DNA from: Oligoflexia bacterium
GTDB taxonomy: Bacteria; Bdellovibrionota; UBA1018
Length of the DNA: 64,000 nucleotides
Assembly (NCBI GenBank): GCA_963758495.1
Contig: CAVWVI010000003.1
Coordinates: forward strand, 256,001-320,000
Direction: 5' to 3'
Shown here: one piece after another, positions 10,073-20,695 of the stretch
Numbering within the stretch: the stretch's first letter is position 1
Layout: the number at the start of each line of letters is the position of its first letter
Notes under the pieces: model-generated
Told to the model about the DNA's origin: nothing
What the model saw: the letters and a program-made list of their open reading frames with translations, nothing else
Database searches by the model: none
Translations under genes and position numbers: made by a program

Positions 10073-13021
10073 CTATTCGCTGACAGCTCGCACTGGCTGG
10101 AAATAATCAAAAATAGTTAATAGTTTTTTTAAACCTTCAGAATTAGGGAGTGTGACTCCGCCTAGGGTCTTGTTATCGTAGTGCTTCGTAAAGTGAGTCC
10201 TCACATACTCTTCTTTAAGTGTCTGAAGTGGAAGTTGCGTAGCCGAACCTTCAACAATCCCCCAATTCTCTTTAAGTTCCTGAGGATCGGATTCTGACGG
10301 TTTTTCACCTATTATAGTTTCATATAAATATTCGCTTTTCTTCGCCCAATTTAAAATCTGCTGGTCTTTGATTCCCAGTTTTTTATCCAAGTTCTTTGCT
10401 AAGGTAGGAATAATTTCGCTATTGAACTTAGGGTTTTCTAATAAGTTTTGAATCACTGTCGCAGCTAAATTTGGAACTGTATAGCCCTCGTGAGATCGCC
10501 TTAACTCTTTTTCCAATTCTCTACTTGAGGTCTTACCTGCCTTCACTGTTGGATCCCCTATTTTTCCGTAATAAAACCGATTCCTCACTATCTGGATCAA
10601 ATCTTGAAGACTCAATGACGGGTAATCCGCGTGTATTCCATTCATTCGTTCAGAATACTCCACATACTGTTTACTGTGATAAAAGTAACCTCGATAAGCA
10701 TCTTTAGTGGTAGGTTTTGCAATTCCAAGCTCGTCACCGAGTTGAGTTCTTAAAACATGATTGGTATGAGGTGTCTGTTCGTCATCCACGAAATTAATAG
10801 TATTCCGAAAAACCTCTTCACGTTCTTGATCCAGAATTGAAGCAATATACTCTTCCAAGTGCTGAGGAGTTTTAGCACCCCTGTCGCCTTGACCTGACAT
10901 CAAAATAGCTTTGAGTCGCTGCACCCCATCTATATTTCCTGTCGAGCAGTGCTGTCCAGCAGATGCGAGAATGACAATAGATTTATTGATATCATCTGGA
11001 GACTTCCTGTCCTTCATGAATTCAATAATTTTTTTTATGTCGTAAACAGCTGGAATTTGAGAAGGCACTTCAGATTCACAAAGTTTTACGATTTTTGAAA
11101 TCCCGTTACGAGCAAGGCCAATCGAGATCGGCTTATATTGAATGTCATGATCCGTTTCTGTATAAGTGCTAAAATCAACTAACTGATTTGGATTCAAATA
11201 GGCTGGATCACTTTGAACTAAAGGCAACCTTCCTCCAGAAAACCGAGAATCAAAGTATTGAAGTAATTGAGTGCATTTTAATTCTTTTATTTTTGGGAGA
11301 TTCAAATACTCTTTTTGCTCCCGAAGAATATCATCACTGCTCTTGAGCGAGAAGGGTTTAATGGTCCTATTGACGAGTACACCAGAGGCTATTTTCTTAA
11401 AATCATAGTCCTTTAAGATCGGAGACTTGCTTAACTTTGCTTCACTCACGGGAACAGGCTTTGTGGCTAGAACTAAGGCTTCATAGACCCCTTCAAAACC
11501 AGGATGAGACTTCTTCTCCTGGATGATGGAATAGGCAGTGAGGTTCTCTTTCGTAGGGAGGCGAAGATCACTCCCTGCTGTGATCAGAAATGAAGCTGCT
11601 TCATTTTCTTTAGACAACAGGGCATGAATGAGTGCTGTTTTTCCTCCTTCTGATTGAAGATCTGGAAAAGCGTCATGAGACAAAAGAATACGAAGGGTAT
11701 TCGTATTTTCATTTTTAGCGGCCTCCATCAGTGCTGTGATTCCTTGATGATCCTGATGATTGAGATTTGCACCTTGTTGAATGAGTGCCGTGACCATTTG
11801 ATCATGCCCCCAAGAGGCTGCCAGCAGCAAGGGAGTCCGTCCATTTTTATCTTGGACGTTTACCATCATTTTCTCACCCATCCACTTTTTCAAAGTTTGA
11901 AAGGTTTTTAAATTTCCACCTCGAGCAGCGTAATGAAGAAGAGTCCCTCCATTTTTATCTTTATGATCTAAATCAAGATGAAGATGATATTTTAAAAACA
12001 AATCAAAAATTTTTTCATTTCCCTCACTCGCTGCATACATGAGTAAACTTCTGCCATATCTATCATTTAGGTCAGCGCTAGCTCCACTTTTCAAAAGCAG
12101 CTCTACAGTTTCGACATCTTTGTTGTTGATAGCCAAATGAAGCGGAGTCATACCTTCCTTATCTGGAAGATTGACTAGCTTCTTGATGACTTCTTTTAAC
12201 TCAAAAGGCGCTAGAGCAGACTCTTTCTTTCTTTTTTGATTGGCCACTAGTTTGAGATAGGATTGAGGGTCAAGCAAAAACTGAATAATTTCCGTATTTT
12301 TTGTCTTTACTGCTTCCATAAGCGGAGTGATTCCCTCTTCATCGTGAATGTCTGGACCATAACCTTGATCAAAAAGCGCTTGGAGAACTTTCTTGTGGCC
12401 ATACTTCACTGCTTCCAGGGCGAAAAAAGCACGGCGATAATGATGAACCCGACATCCCTTGCGAATCAGCATTTCCATAATATCGGGGCTATTATTGTCG
12501 TATGCGTAATCCAAAAGGGAATAAGTCAGATCATCTATGACCTCTAGATCTATTGGACGCTTTCCCCCCTTTTTGAGGTTTAGGGTCAGTTCAGATTCAT
12601 CAGCTCCTGCGTTCAGAAGCAATTCAACGATTTTCGGATGGTTTTCCTTAACAGCGATTCCCAATGCTGTTTGACCCTCTTTATTTATCTTATTTAGATT
12701 TATTTTTTTGCCATTAAGTAAAGCTTTAACGACTTCTATCTGACCCTTTTGAACTGCAAGAATCAGAGGCGTATTACCTTCTAGGTCCGTCGCATCAAAA
12801 ATAGGATGAAGGCGGTTAACCGCGAGTTGAAGCTGTTCACAACTCGATAGTCTCCCTGGATTATTAATGATCTCAAGAGCTCTCTGCACCTGGTCAATAC
12901 TCTGTAAACTCTGAACCAACTCATCACCCAGTGCTCTGCTAGCCGCGTAAGAAAAGGAAGCATTTAATAATAAAACGAAGTCCACCATGAAGAGTATCGA
13001 TAAGAGCTTTTTATGCGTCAT
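10073..13021 (-). CDS. Secreted ankyrin-repeat protein with an uncharacterised C-terminal domain
   Basis: Signal peptide; many G-x-TPL/TAL ankyrin repeats over the first ~500 aa. Confidence 0.9.
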   Translation of the reverse strand: MTHKKLLSILFMVDFVLLLNASFSYAASRALGDELVQSLQSIDQVQRALEIINNPGRLSSCEQLQLAVNRLHPIFDATDLEGNTPLILAVQKGQIEVVKALLNGKKINLNKINKEGQTALGIAVKENHPKIVELLLNAGADESELTLNLKKGGKRPIDLEVIDDLTYSLLDYAYDNNSPDIMEMLIRKGCRVHHYRRAFFALEAVKYGHKKVLQALFDQGYGPDIHDEEGITPLMEAVKTKNTEIIQFLLDPQSYLKLVANQKRKKESALAPFELKEVIKKLVNLPDKEGMTPLHLAINNKDVETVELLLKSGASADLNDRYGRSLLMYAASEGNEKIFDLFLKYHLHLDLDHKDKNGGTLLHYAARGGNLKTFQTLKKWMGEKMMVNVQDKNGRTPLLLAASWGHDQMVTALIQQGANLNHQDHQGITALMEAAKNENTNTLRILLSHDAFPDLQSEGGKTALIHALLSKENEAASFLITAGSDLRLPTKENLTAYSIIQEKKSHPGFEGVYEALVLATKPVPVSEAKLSKSPILKDYDFKKIASGVLVNRTIKPFSLKSSDDILREQKEYLNLPKIKELKCTQLLQYFDSRFSGGRLPLVQSDPAYLNPNQLVDFSTYTETDHDIQYKPISIGLARNGISKIVKLCESEVPSQIPAVYDIKKIIEFMKDRKSPDDINKSIVILASAGQHCSTGNIDGVQRLKAILMSGQGDRGAKTPQHLEEYIASILDQEREEVFRNTINFVDDEQTPHTNHVLRTQLGDELGIAKPTTKDAYRGYFYHSKQYVEYSERMNGIHADYPSLSLQDLIQIVRNRFYYGKIGDPTVKAGKTSSRELEKELRRSHEGYTVPNLAATVIQNLLENPKFNSEIIPTLAKNLDKKLGIKDQQILNWAKKSEYLYETIIGEKPSESDPQELKENWGIVEGSATQLPLQTLKEEYVRTHFTKHYDNKTLGGVTLPNSEGLKKLLTIFDYFQPVRAVSE

Positions 13022-13082
13022 CTTCTTAGTATACTCATGCTTTCTATGTAATAAACGTAGAAAGTAATCAATTATTCCCTAA

Positions 13083-14711
13083 TTAAAATAGCAACTTTTC
13101 AGGCCGATAATAAGCAGCTTCAATAAAATGAGTTTCTTGAGGCTGTCCACACTCATCCCATGCCGCGAGAGTGAGAGCCAAGCGTGAGATTTTATGTCGG
13201 GATCGCAGTGATGCTTCAAACAAACGAGAAAGCCACGAGTCCCATTGAGGATGAGCTTGTAAAATAGCTTCAACTTCATAACCAGAAAGAAGACCTGGAG
13301 GCTTTCCCCACTCTTCTACAAGAACTCGTCGAATTTTTATGACTTTCTTTTTTAAACCCTCAACTGTAACCCGTGAATCGGATACCCGATTGACAGCACT
13401 CATCTCTGCCCATGAATGATTCATCACTAATACCACCAAATCGATTCTATCTAAAACCGGTCCAGAGAGTCTTTCCAAATAAGCCTTCCTCACTGAATGA
13501 GAACATTTACAGAGTGAAAGTGATTTTTGAGACATGTCTCTTTTTTTCTCCTGCTTTTCCGGGATTGGAATCTGTGGAGGCCAGCCTCCACAAGGACAAA
13601 GATTTCCAGAAGCAGCCATGAGAAACTGTGCAGGTAATTCCAAGGAACCTTGTGTCCGTGTCAATGTAATCTTCGCTCGCTCTAAGGGTTCGCGAAGAGA
13701 TTCACGACTATCTCTGGACCACTCTGGAAGTTCATCTGCTATGAGAAGCCCTCCATGAGCCAATGAATACTCTCCCGGCCGTATTGTCAAAGAGTACGCA
13801 CTCCCGATCAAAGCACTCGCTTTGACTTGGGAACTAATTCTTCTCACCGGAACAAAATCCTTCTCCGAAGAAGCCCGAGGTGCGTGGCAAAACCGTCCCA
13901 ATTCAGCAAGTAATGATTGGTTCAACCGTTCCTGTGGCGAAATAAATGATTTCAGAGCAATGAGCCATTCCAATGCTTGGCTTTTTCCTGTGCCTCTCGG
14001 CCCTAAAACCAGAAAATGATGGTGTCCAGCGGCTGCTACCCCCACCATCCTCTCCAACGAGGGTGACAAGGGTAAGAGTGAGGAAGTAGAAACTGGAGTT
14101 TCGATTTCGTTTGAAGGGATTTGATCTTTTGAAGCCAGAGCATTTTGTTCCCATGACCTCTGCTTATCGTCAAAAGAAAGGTCTGAAGAGAACCTATCCC
14201 AAGCATCCATGAGTGTTTTTACAGGAATCAAAAATGGCGCCGCTACCCCTTGGAGTTCTCCGCTTTGATGAATCACCTCTAAAGCTCGCACGGCATCACT
14301 ATATTCTGATTGTGAAACAATAAAATGAGATAGCCGCCCTCGCCAAGCTGCATAGAGGGTGCGAGTGATTTGGCCAGCAGGCTTCACTGCCCCATCCAAA
14401 CCTAATTCACCCCAAGCGCCCAGTTGAATCTTCATCTCTTTTCCATGAGCAAGAATTGCTAATGCCATCGGAAGATCTAATCCTGTTCCTCTTTTTCGGA
14501 TACTGGCTGGAGATAAATTTAAGATCACTCGCCGTCTTGGAAATTCCATTCCACTGGCTTCGATTGCAGAACGAATTCGCTCTCGCGCCTCTGCTACCTC
14601 GGGACTCGGTAGCCCTACGATATGAAAGCTGGGTAGCTGAAAAAAAGTAGCAACTTCGATTTGTTGTAAAAAAGGGATAGACTCATTATTTAACGGTGCA
14701 CAGATTTGCAT
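13083..14711 (-). CDS. comM: ComM/YifB Mg-chelatase-like AAA+ ATPase
   Basis: IVGLP, EARERIRSA, NLSPA, GPRGTGKS, PGEYSLAHGG, LREPLE, SGPVLDRID. Confidence 0.9.
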   Translation of the reverse strand: MQICAPLNNESIPFLQQIEVATFFQLPSFHIVGLPSPEVAEARERIRSAIEASGMEFPRRRVILNLSPASIRKRGTGLDLPMALAILAHGKEMKIQLGAWGELGLDGAVKPAGQITRTLYAAWRGRLSHFIVSQSEYSDAVRALEVIHQSGELQGVAAPFLIPVKTLMDAWDRFSSDLSFDDKQRSWEQNALASKDQIPSNEIETPVSTSSLLPLSPSLERMVGVAAAGHHHFLVLGPRGTGKSQALEWLIALKSFISPQERLNQSLLAELGRFCHAPRASSEKDFVPVRRISSQVKASALIGSAYSLTIRPGEYSLAHGGLLIADELPEWSRDSRESLREPLERAKITLTRTQGSLELPAQFLMAASGNLCPCGGWPPQIPIPEKQEKKRDMSQKSLSLCKCSHSVRKAYLERLSGPVLDRIDLVVLVMNHSWAEMSAVNRVSDSRVTVEGLKKKVIKIRRVLVEEWGKPPGLLSGYEVEAILQAHPQWDSWLSRLFEASLRSRHKISRLALTLAAWDECGQPQETHFIEAAYYRPEKLLF

Positions 14712-14723
14712 GACGAGAGTCTG

Positions 14724-14740
14724 TGCAGAGTGAGTGCCAA
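14724..14740 (-). promoter_or_regulatory. sigma54 (-24/-12) promoter for comM
   Basis: Minus strand TTGGCACTCACTCTGCA = GG-N10-GC, just upstream of the ATG at 14711. Confidence 0.65.
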
Positions 14741-14875
14741 AAAATACCGTATTTCAATCATATCTATACGAACGATTATATAATACTCGGACAGACAGAT
14801 CGAATTTTGGACTTAAAGGAACTACTTACTCTTGGACTGGCTGCAGCTCACTGAATAGAGCGACACCCCTAAAAC

Positions 14876-14927
14876 AAAAAATCGTCTGAAAATATCAGAT
14901 TGAACTGATTTCTCCAGACGATTTTTT
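14876..14927. terminator. Hairpin terminator downstream of the XRE gene
   Basis: aaaaaatcgtctg...cagacgatttttt inverted repeat with A/T tails. Confidence 0.6.
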
Positions 14928-15072
14928 ATTAAGTTTTGGTTTAACTCTATCGACTATCGGTTATTTAGCCTTACAAAGATATAAACAAGCACCTTAACCT
15001 TGGAAGATCTCAAGTAAAAACTCTAGATCAACTGGATTCATGATTGCTCGGTACCTTTAACTCTTCTAAAGA

Positions 15073-15534
15073 TTAATGTTCTAACAACTCTAAAGCTGCA
15101 CGAACAAACTTCTTGCGTGATGCAATAGATGCAGTCTGATACTTTTGAATCACTTCTTGAAGTTGACCATCTTTAGCGGCAAAAGCAACTGCTGAAGCAG
15201 TACCAGCTACTCGACCCAATACGGGTGACTTGCCAGTCTTTTTGCCATTGGAGGCTGTTACAAAACTCTTAAAGTCAGAACGAATTGCCAAGTTAGCAAC
15301 CTGCAACTCTTCTACTGGAATCTTTAGAAAGTTTGCTAACACTCCGACCTTTTCCCAAGGAAGCGGAGCACGTCCGTGTTCAATGTTAGATACAAATTGT
15401 ACCGAACACGCACATGCTTTCGCTACATCAAGAAGGCCAAGCTGCCTTTCCAAGCGATGAGTACGAATTAAATCTCCTAAAGGACCAAACGAGCGATTGT
15501 CGCGAGAGCGACCTTTTGGGCGTCCACGTTTCAT
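15073..15534 (-). CDS. XRE-family HTH transcriptional regulator
   Basis: GDLIRTHRLERQLGLLDVAKACACSVQFVSNIEHG. Confidence 0.88.
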   Translation of the reverse strand: MKRGRPKGRSRDNRSFGPLGDLIRTHRLERQLGLLDVAKACACSVQFVSNIEHGRAPLPWEKVGVLANFLKIPVEELQVANLAIRSDFKSFVTASNGKKTGKSPVLGRVAGTASAVAFAAKDGQLQEVIQKYQTASIASRKKFVRAALELLEH

Positions 15535-15899
15535 AGTGGGTCTTAAGTAACGTGTGTTTAGTTATTTAACAAGCAAAAATAACTGGGAAGTTAATATTTT
15601 TTTAAAACTCATGTATTTTATCACCTTTGGCACGATAAATTTGCAATATAAAGTACTTTCAAGGGAAAAATTAACTTTTTAATGGATTTGAAACGCGTTA
15701 GATAAGAAAAGATCCTCTTCACGGATACGAAAACTGAATTCCGGCCTCTTCAGTGTACGCCACCGCAACAGGCAGTCATGTGATTCAACCTAAAACAAGC
15801 TCTCCAATGTAAAAAAAACCGACTGAAGGTCATGACTATTCTGTAAGTTTTCAAAGAATCACCCCTATCATGGATTCATTTTATTACAAATTCTCAGTT

Positions 15900-15917
15900 T
15901 AGGCATGCCTTATGCCT
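15900..15917 (+). promoter_or_regulatory. sigma54-like promoter for comEC
   Basis: TAGGCATGCCTTATGCCT = GG-N10-GC; GC at 15914-15915, ATG at 15928. Confidence 0.5.
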
Positions 15918-15927
15918 AAACGCGGCT

Positions 15928-17994
15928 ATGCTCGCCCTCTTTTTTACTGCCTTTGCTTTGAACGAAAACACCTCTTGTATCTCACCCACTCTTGCTTTTC
16001 GAACTGGGAGAGAGACTTGCTGGGTTCGTTTCCAGTTAAAATCAGATCAACAAATCTGCTTAAATCATTCTCTTTGGTTGAATTGGCTAAAATCCTCTGG
16101 TACCATCCCTATTTGCGAAAGCCCCTCAAATCAATGGAAGGCGTTTTCTCATTTTGAAAATTCTATAAATCATAAAGATCATAAAAAAATTAAATTAGTT
16201 CAGACCCTTAGCTCGCTCCCTTTACGTTCTACTTCACAAAAAGAACTTGCTATTGTCTACTGGCTCTGGAGATCTATTGAAAGAATCCGAGAAAGAACTT
16301 ACGAGCTTTTGGCTCCGGAGGATCGCCTTGGAATTCTTCGCAGTCTACTCCTCAACCAAAGTATTCCAGATAGTCCCCTCCCAATCTTGAGACGATTGGG
16401 ATTTGTACATCTCATTACAGCCACAGGTATTCATCTTTATTCAATCATTCAAAGTTGGAACTGGGTTATCAAAATAGTGTGTATTTATATTGAAGTCCCT
16501 GCTGCACTCGGTTTATGGATAGGCCGATTCACATCATTTGGAATTTGCTCTGTGATTTGGCTTCTCAGCGGCGCTCGCCTCGGGATGCTCAGGCCTTGGC
16601 TGATCATTCTTTTACGAGAACTATCTCGTACATTAGGATTTCGATGGAAAAAAGCGTCCCCTTTAATTCTTGCACTGCTCTTGGAATTATTCATCGGGGG
16701 TTTTCTTTCTCAAAGTGGACAAGAACAATTTAACTCAACAGGTCGTTGGATTTATGCACTCGCCGTAGGAGGTGGGTTATTCTGGTGTCAGTTTTTCCCT
16801 TCTATTCACCTTGGCCTAGCTGTGGGATCTTGGATCACCGTTGCTCTTTGGGAAGTATGGGAAACGGGTCTCATTGCCCTTACAACTCCAATCCTAAGTC
16901 TAATGACCTTACCCATACTCTGCTTTTTCATCTATCCAATCCTAGTCATCTGCGTAGCATTAAATGAGATCAACCCGGAAGTGGGTACAAACGCACTCGC
17001 TCTTCAGATGATTGGAATTCTCTCTCAGTTTTTATCTCAATTTATTTTGAAACTTTCAATATTTGCCATGTCTCCAGGAAACATTTGGTTGATCCCCAAA
17101 AAAATAATTCTATTTGCCAGTTTCTTTGCATGTACCCTGTTAATCATCAAACCTCCATTAGAGAGAAAGTTCAGTTTGTTATTCGGTGGGCTACTTGGAC
17201 TTTTAGGAATAGCTGCACGCATCTATCTTGATTCAGTCACAGTTCAAAAAAACTATTTAGCTCCTTCCCTGGCAAGTACTGTCGAACAACTTGATGTAGG
17301 ACAAGGCGAATCAGCTCTTGTTTCAGGTGCAGAAAATGGCTTAATTGACTCAGGATCTAAGCAAATTCTCTCCGATGAGCGATGGTTTCGAATTTTATCC
17401 GAAAGGCAAATTTCTAAACTAGCCTGGGTTGCCATCACCCATCTAGACGAAGACCATGCAAGCGGCGTCATTCGTCTCGCAAAACTCATCCACCTCGGTT
17501 GTGTTGTCACTTCGTCAGAAGAACTCAAAACTCGACGAGGCATAGTGTATACAAAAACCCTTGCTCGCTATGGTATCCAAGTAAAAGATTGGAGTTCAAA
17601 CTGTATTCCCTTCCCCACTTTGGCTCCCCTACCCTCGCGTAAATCTCACCGTAATCAAAACATGAGCGCCGTATGGATACCGTTAAGTTCAGGAGGTTTT
17701 TACCTGTCAGGTGGAGATGCCTCGGCAATCGATGAAATTCGGATAGGTCATTGGGCTGCTCAACTTTCTAAAAATAAAATCTCTCCCAGAATTCTAAAAC
17801 TCAGTCACCACGGTTCGAGATTTTCTAGCTCTCCTCAGTTTTTAGCCCATATCCGACCCACTGAAGCCTGGGTCTCAGTAGGAACTGGAAATCGCTATGG
17901 CCATCCCGCATTAGAAGTTCTCGATAGAGTAGAGAAACTAAAGATCCCCGTTCGAAGAACGGATCAGGAGGGTTCCTTAATGTCTCATTATTAA
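15928..17994 (+). CDS. comEC: ComEC/Rec2 DNA uptake channel with metallo-beta-lactamase domain
   Basis: GFVHLITATGIH, multiple TM helices, DVGQGES, THLDEDH, SHHGS, GNRYGHP. Confidence 0.9.
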   Translation: MLALFFTAFALNENTSCISPTLAFRTGRETCWVRFQLKSDQQICLNHSLWLNWLKSSGTIPICESPSNQWKAFSHFENSINHKDHKKIKLVQTLSSLPLRSTSQKELAIVYWLWRSIERIRERTYELLAPEDRLGILRSLLLNQSIPDSPLPILRRLGFVHLITATGIHLYSIIQSWNWVIKIVCIYIEVPAALGLWIGRFTSFGICSVIWLLSGARLGMLRPWLIILLRELSRTLGFRWKKASPLILALLLELFIGGFLSQSGQEQFNSTGRWIYALAVGGGLFWCQFFPSIHLGLAVGSWITVALWEVWETGLIALTTPILSLMTLPILCFFIYPILVICVALNEINPEVGTNALALQMIGILSQFLSQFILKLSIFAMSPGNIWLIPKKIILFASFFACTLLIIKPPLERKFSLLFGGLLGLLGIAARIYLDSVTVQKNYLAPSLASTVEQLDVGQGESALVSGAENGLIDSGSKQILSDERWFRILSERQISKLAWVAITHLDEDHASGVIRLAKLIHLGCVVTSSEELKTRRGIVYTKTLARYGIQVKDWSSNCIPFPTLAPLPSRKSHRNQNMSAVWIPLSSGGFYLSGGDASAIDEIRIGHWAAQLSKNKISPRILKLSHHGSRFSSSPQFLAHIRPTEAWVSVGTGNRYGHPALEVLDRVEKLKIPVRRTDQEGSLMSHY

Positions 17995-18021
17995 ATGTAA
18001 GCCCTAAGGGAACTACTTACA

Positions 18022-18798
18022 TTAAATCAGTAACCTTCCGCCATCTATAACAAAAACCTCACCCGTCACCCAAGCTGCGTCTTCTCCCAGAAAAAACCGT
18101 ACAGCGCCAGCTACATCGCGAGGCTCACCTATACGTCCCAATGGAAGACTTTTCCCTCGTTTAGCGTAAAATTCTTCAAGTTCTGATTTATTTTGATGAT
18201 AGGCTTCATGGAGGGCAGTTCTAACTATTCCTGGGCAAATACAATTTACTGTGATGTTATCCTTACCCAGTTCTTTTGCTAGAGTGCGAGTTAAATGAAT
18301 TAAAGCAGCTTTTGAAATTGAGTAAGCTAATGCCAGGTGATTAGGGAGAATTCCTGCAGTCGATGAAACATTCACAATCCTGCCGCCCTCAGGATTTTTG
18401 GCCATAGTCTCCATTGCTGCTTGAATCAAAAGAAATGGCCCCTTAAGATTCACTGCCATAGCTTCATCCCAGGCCGATTCGTCGGTGGCTAAAAGTCCAC
18501 CCAAAGGATATACACCTGCATTATTAACCAAACCGTAAATCCCTTTATAGGCCCCAATGATTTTTTCAATGATCTTTTTAATTTGAAGAGAATCTCGGAG
18601 GTCGCAGGTAAATATACTTAAATTCTCTGAAACGCCTCCTAGCTCATATGCAGCGGCCTCTAATTTAGCTCGGTTTCTACCCAACAACACAAGTCGGTAG
18701 GTCTTTGAACTTAATAAGAACTTAGCTATTTCTAAACCAATTCCACTTCCACCGCCCGTAATCACCACTGTTTTTAATTGCTGCTTGTCAGTCGCCAT
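18022..18798 (-). CDS. SDR-family oxidoreductase
   Basis: TGGGSGIG, NNAG, YSISK; ATG at 18798 preferred over the track start. Confidence 0.92.
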   Translation of the reverse strand: MATDKQQLKTVVITGGGSGIGLEIAKFLLSSKTYRLVLLGRNRAKLEAAAYELGGVSENLSIFTCDLRDSLQIKKIIEKIIGAYKGIYGLVNNAGVYPLGGLLATDESAWDEAMAVNLKGPFLLIQAAMETMAKNPEGGRIVNVSSTAGILPNHLALAYSISKAALIHLTRTLAKELGKDNITVNCICPGIVRTALHEAYHQNKSELEEFYAKRGKSLPLGRIGEPRDVAGAVRFFLGEDAAWVTGEVFVIDGGRLLI

Positions 18799-18908
18799 AG
18801 AATCAAGTCTATCAGAATCCAAGAATTTCAAAAACTTGCATTCTACACTTTATCAGTAGTATACTATTAATAACGGTTATTATTTTTTAAACGAGAAGTT
18901 ATATTCGG

Positions 18909-19793
18909 GTGGTTTTTTTAAAAGGCTATGAAATTCAAAGACTTAAGAACTATATGTCTACTTTTGTCAAGCTTCGCATCCTAAAGGTAATGGGAGTAAC
19001 GACTTGCGTGACTCTACTCAATCTTTCCTGCTCTTTGGGAGGATCATCCAATTCAAGCAGCTCCGCCCTCGTGAAAACATGCTCGGTACCTAGCGATCAA
19101 TCCGCCACCCTGATTGGACATTGGCCAGTTTTACCGGTTCCGGTAGCGTTTCACCAAGGTGATTTTATTTCTTCTGAAATTTCAGCAATGACTGCAGCGG
19201 CGGATACCTGGAATGCTTTTTATCAAGCGAGTTTAAATACCACGCTTCTTGATTATGGAGGTTCAAGTAGCCCAAGAGTTTCAACTGCTAACGATAGCAG
19301 CCAATTAGGTACTTTTTGCTCTCAAGGGATTGTTCAGGGTACTTCTTTTGGTGGCAACGTAGTTGTTTATAAATTAGGCGTCTGGCCGTCTGCTTACCCC
19401 GCTGCCGCAATCGCTATTACAAACTTTTGCCCGCCCACTGCATCAACCACCGGTGCAGCATCAGGAACTCCGGGAAGTCTTTCTAATTTTTATCAAACAG
19501 TGATTGAAGTTAACTATCAGGGATTTTTCGTAAGTGGGCAAAAGGTCCCCGATCTACAATCTATTCTCACGCATGAGTTCGGTCATTTGGCAGGTCTTAA
19601 ACATAGCTGCGAAGGAACCTCTCTCCCAGGCAGTGGCAGTCCGAATTGTAATGAATCTAACTTGGATCCATCTTATATACTTGCTGTTATGTTTCCTGTT
19701 TTCACTTTCGATCAAACGGGGGCGGGTCAAGTTAAACAAGGGTTAGGAACCAACGATGAAAGCAGAGCCAATTGCCTCTACACCGCTAAATGA
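18909..19793 (+). CDS. Matrixin-like (M10) zinc metalloprotease lipoprotein
   Basis: HEFGHLAGLKH plus Met-turn AVMFP; lipobox-like LSC; true start probably 18954 or later. Confidence 0.8.
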   Translation: MVFLKGYEIQRLKNYMSTFVKLRILKVMGVTTCVTLLNLSCSLGGSSNSSSSALVKTCSVPSDQSATLIGHWPVLPVPVAFHQGDFISSEISAMTAAADTWNAFYQASLNTTLLDYGGSSSPRVSTANDSSQLGTFCSQGIVQGTSFGGNVVVYKLGVWPSAYPAAAIAITNFCPPTASTTGAASGTPGSLSNFYQTVIEVNYQGFFVSGQKVPDLQSILTHEFGHLAGLKHSCEGTSLPGSGSPNCNESNLDPSYILAVMFPVFTFDQTGAGQVKQGLGTNDESRANCLYTAK

Positions 19794-20466
19794 TCAGAAA
19801 TCAAAGAATCAGAAATTTAAAATTTTTTTTGAAGACCCCCATCTCATTGTCTTATCTAAACCTGCTGGATTACTTTCCCAAGGAGAACATACAGGGGATG
19901 AAAACCTCGTTGATGAGTTAAGGATTTATTTTGGCAGAAATTATGTGGGATTAGTTCACCGTCTCGATCGAAATACTTCGGGGCTCATGGTCGTGGCAAA
20001 GCGAACTAAATCAGCTCAGAGACTCACCACCTCCCTACAAAATGACAAAATTGTACGACGTTACTTGGCATGGCTCATAGGAACCCTTCCAAAAGAAACC
20101 CGATGGAGCCATCAACTCCTCAAAGATACAAATAAAAACAAAGTTGAAATCGTCACTTCAGGAGGAAAAGAATCCAGTTTAACCGTTATGCCGAAAGGCT
20201 ATGGTCTCTGGAAGCAAACCCCTCTTACTCTTGCAGAATTTAGACTTGAAACCGGCCGCTCTCACCAAATTCGTGTTCAGGCGGCATATGAAGGATTTCC
20301 TCTCCTTGGAGATCAGAAATATGGAAAACCCCTTCATTCACCCACCTTTCCTCGCGTAGCACTGCATTCCTATTATTTAGAATTCCCTCATCCCATGTCA
20401 GGAGAATTACTTAAATTTGAAGAGCCTCTGCCCAAGGATTTAAGCCGTGTTCAAAAGGTCCCTTGA
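19756..20466 (+). CDS. RluA-family pseudouridine synthase
   Basis: KPAGLLS, VHRLDRNTSG, TGRSHQIR, GDQKYG. Confidence 0.93.
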   Translation: MKAEPIASTPLNDQKSKNQKFKIFFEDPHLIVLSKPAGLLSQGEHTGDENLVDELRIYFGRNYVGLVHRLDRNTSGLMVVAKRTKSAQRLTTSLQNDKIVRRYLAWLIGTLPKETRWSHQLLKDTNKNKVEIVTSGGKESSLTVMPKGYGLWKQTPLTLAEFRLETGRSHQIRVQAAYEGFPLLGDQKYGKPLHSPTFPRVALHSYYLEFPHPMSGELLKFEEPLPKDLSRVQKVP

Positions 20467-20695
20467 CTAGGCCTGAGGCCTACTTCCAACCCCTCACTGT
20501 TACCTTTGTAGTGCTTCAGCGCCCAGTAGCGATGAGAATCCCTATTTTCGGACAGATATTAACGTTATGAACGTTAGAACCTTTGAGGAGTAACTCCACA
20601 CGAATTTCTAATGGATGACTTTTCATTTTTGAATGGATGAAACTTCTTACTCGATTCACTGTTATTTACTGATAATACCAATCAAAGGTTGAAAT

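Noticed and set aside
15627..15645. TTGGCACGATAAATTTGCA as a sigma54 promoter
   Set aside because: GG-to-GC spacing is 12 nt rather than the required 10
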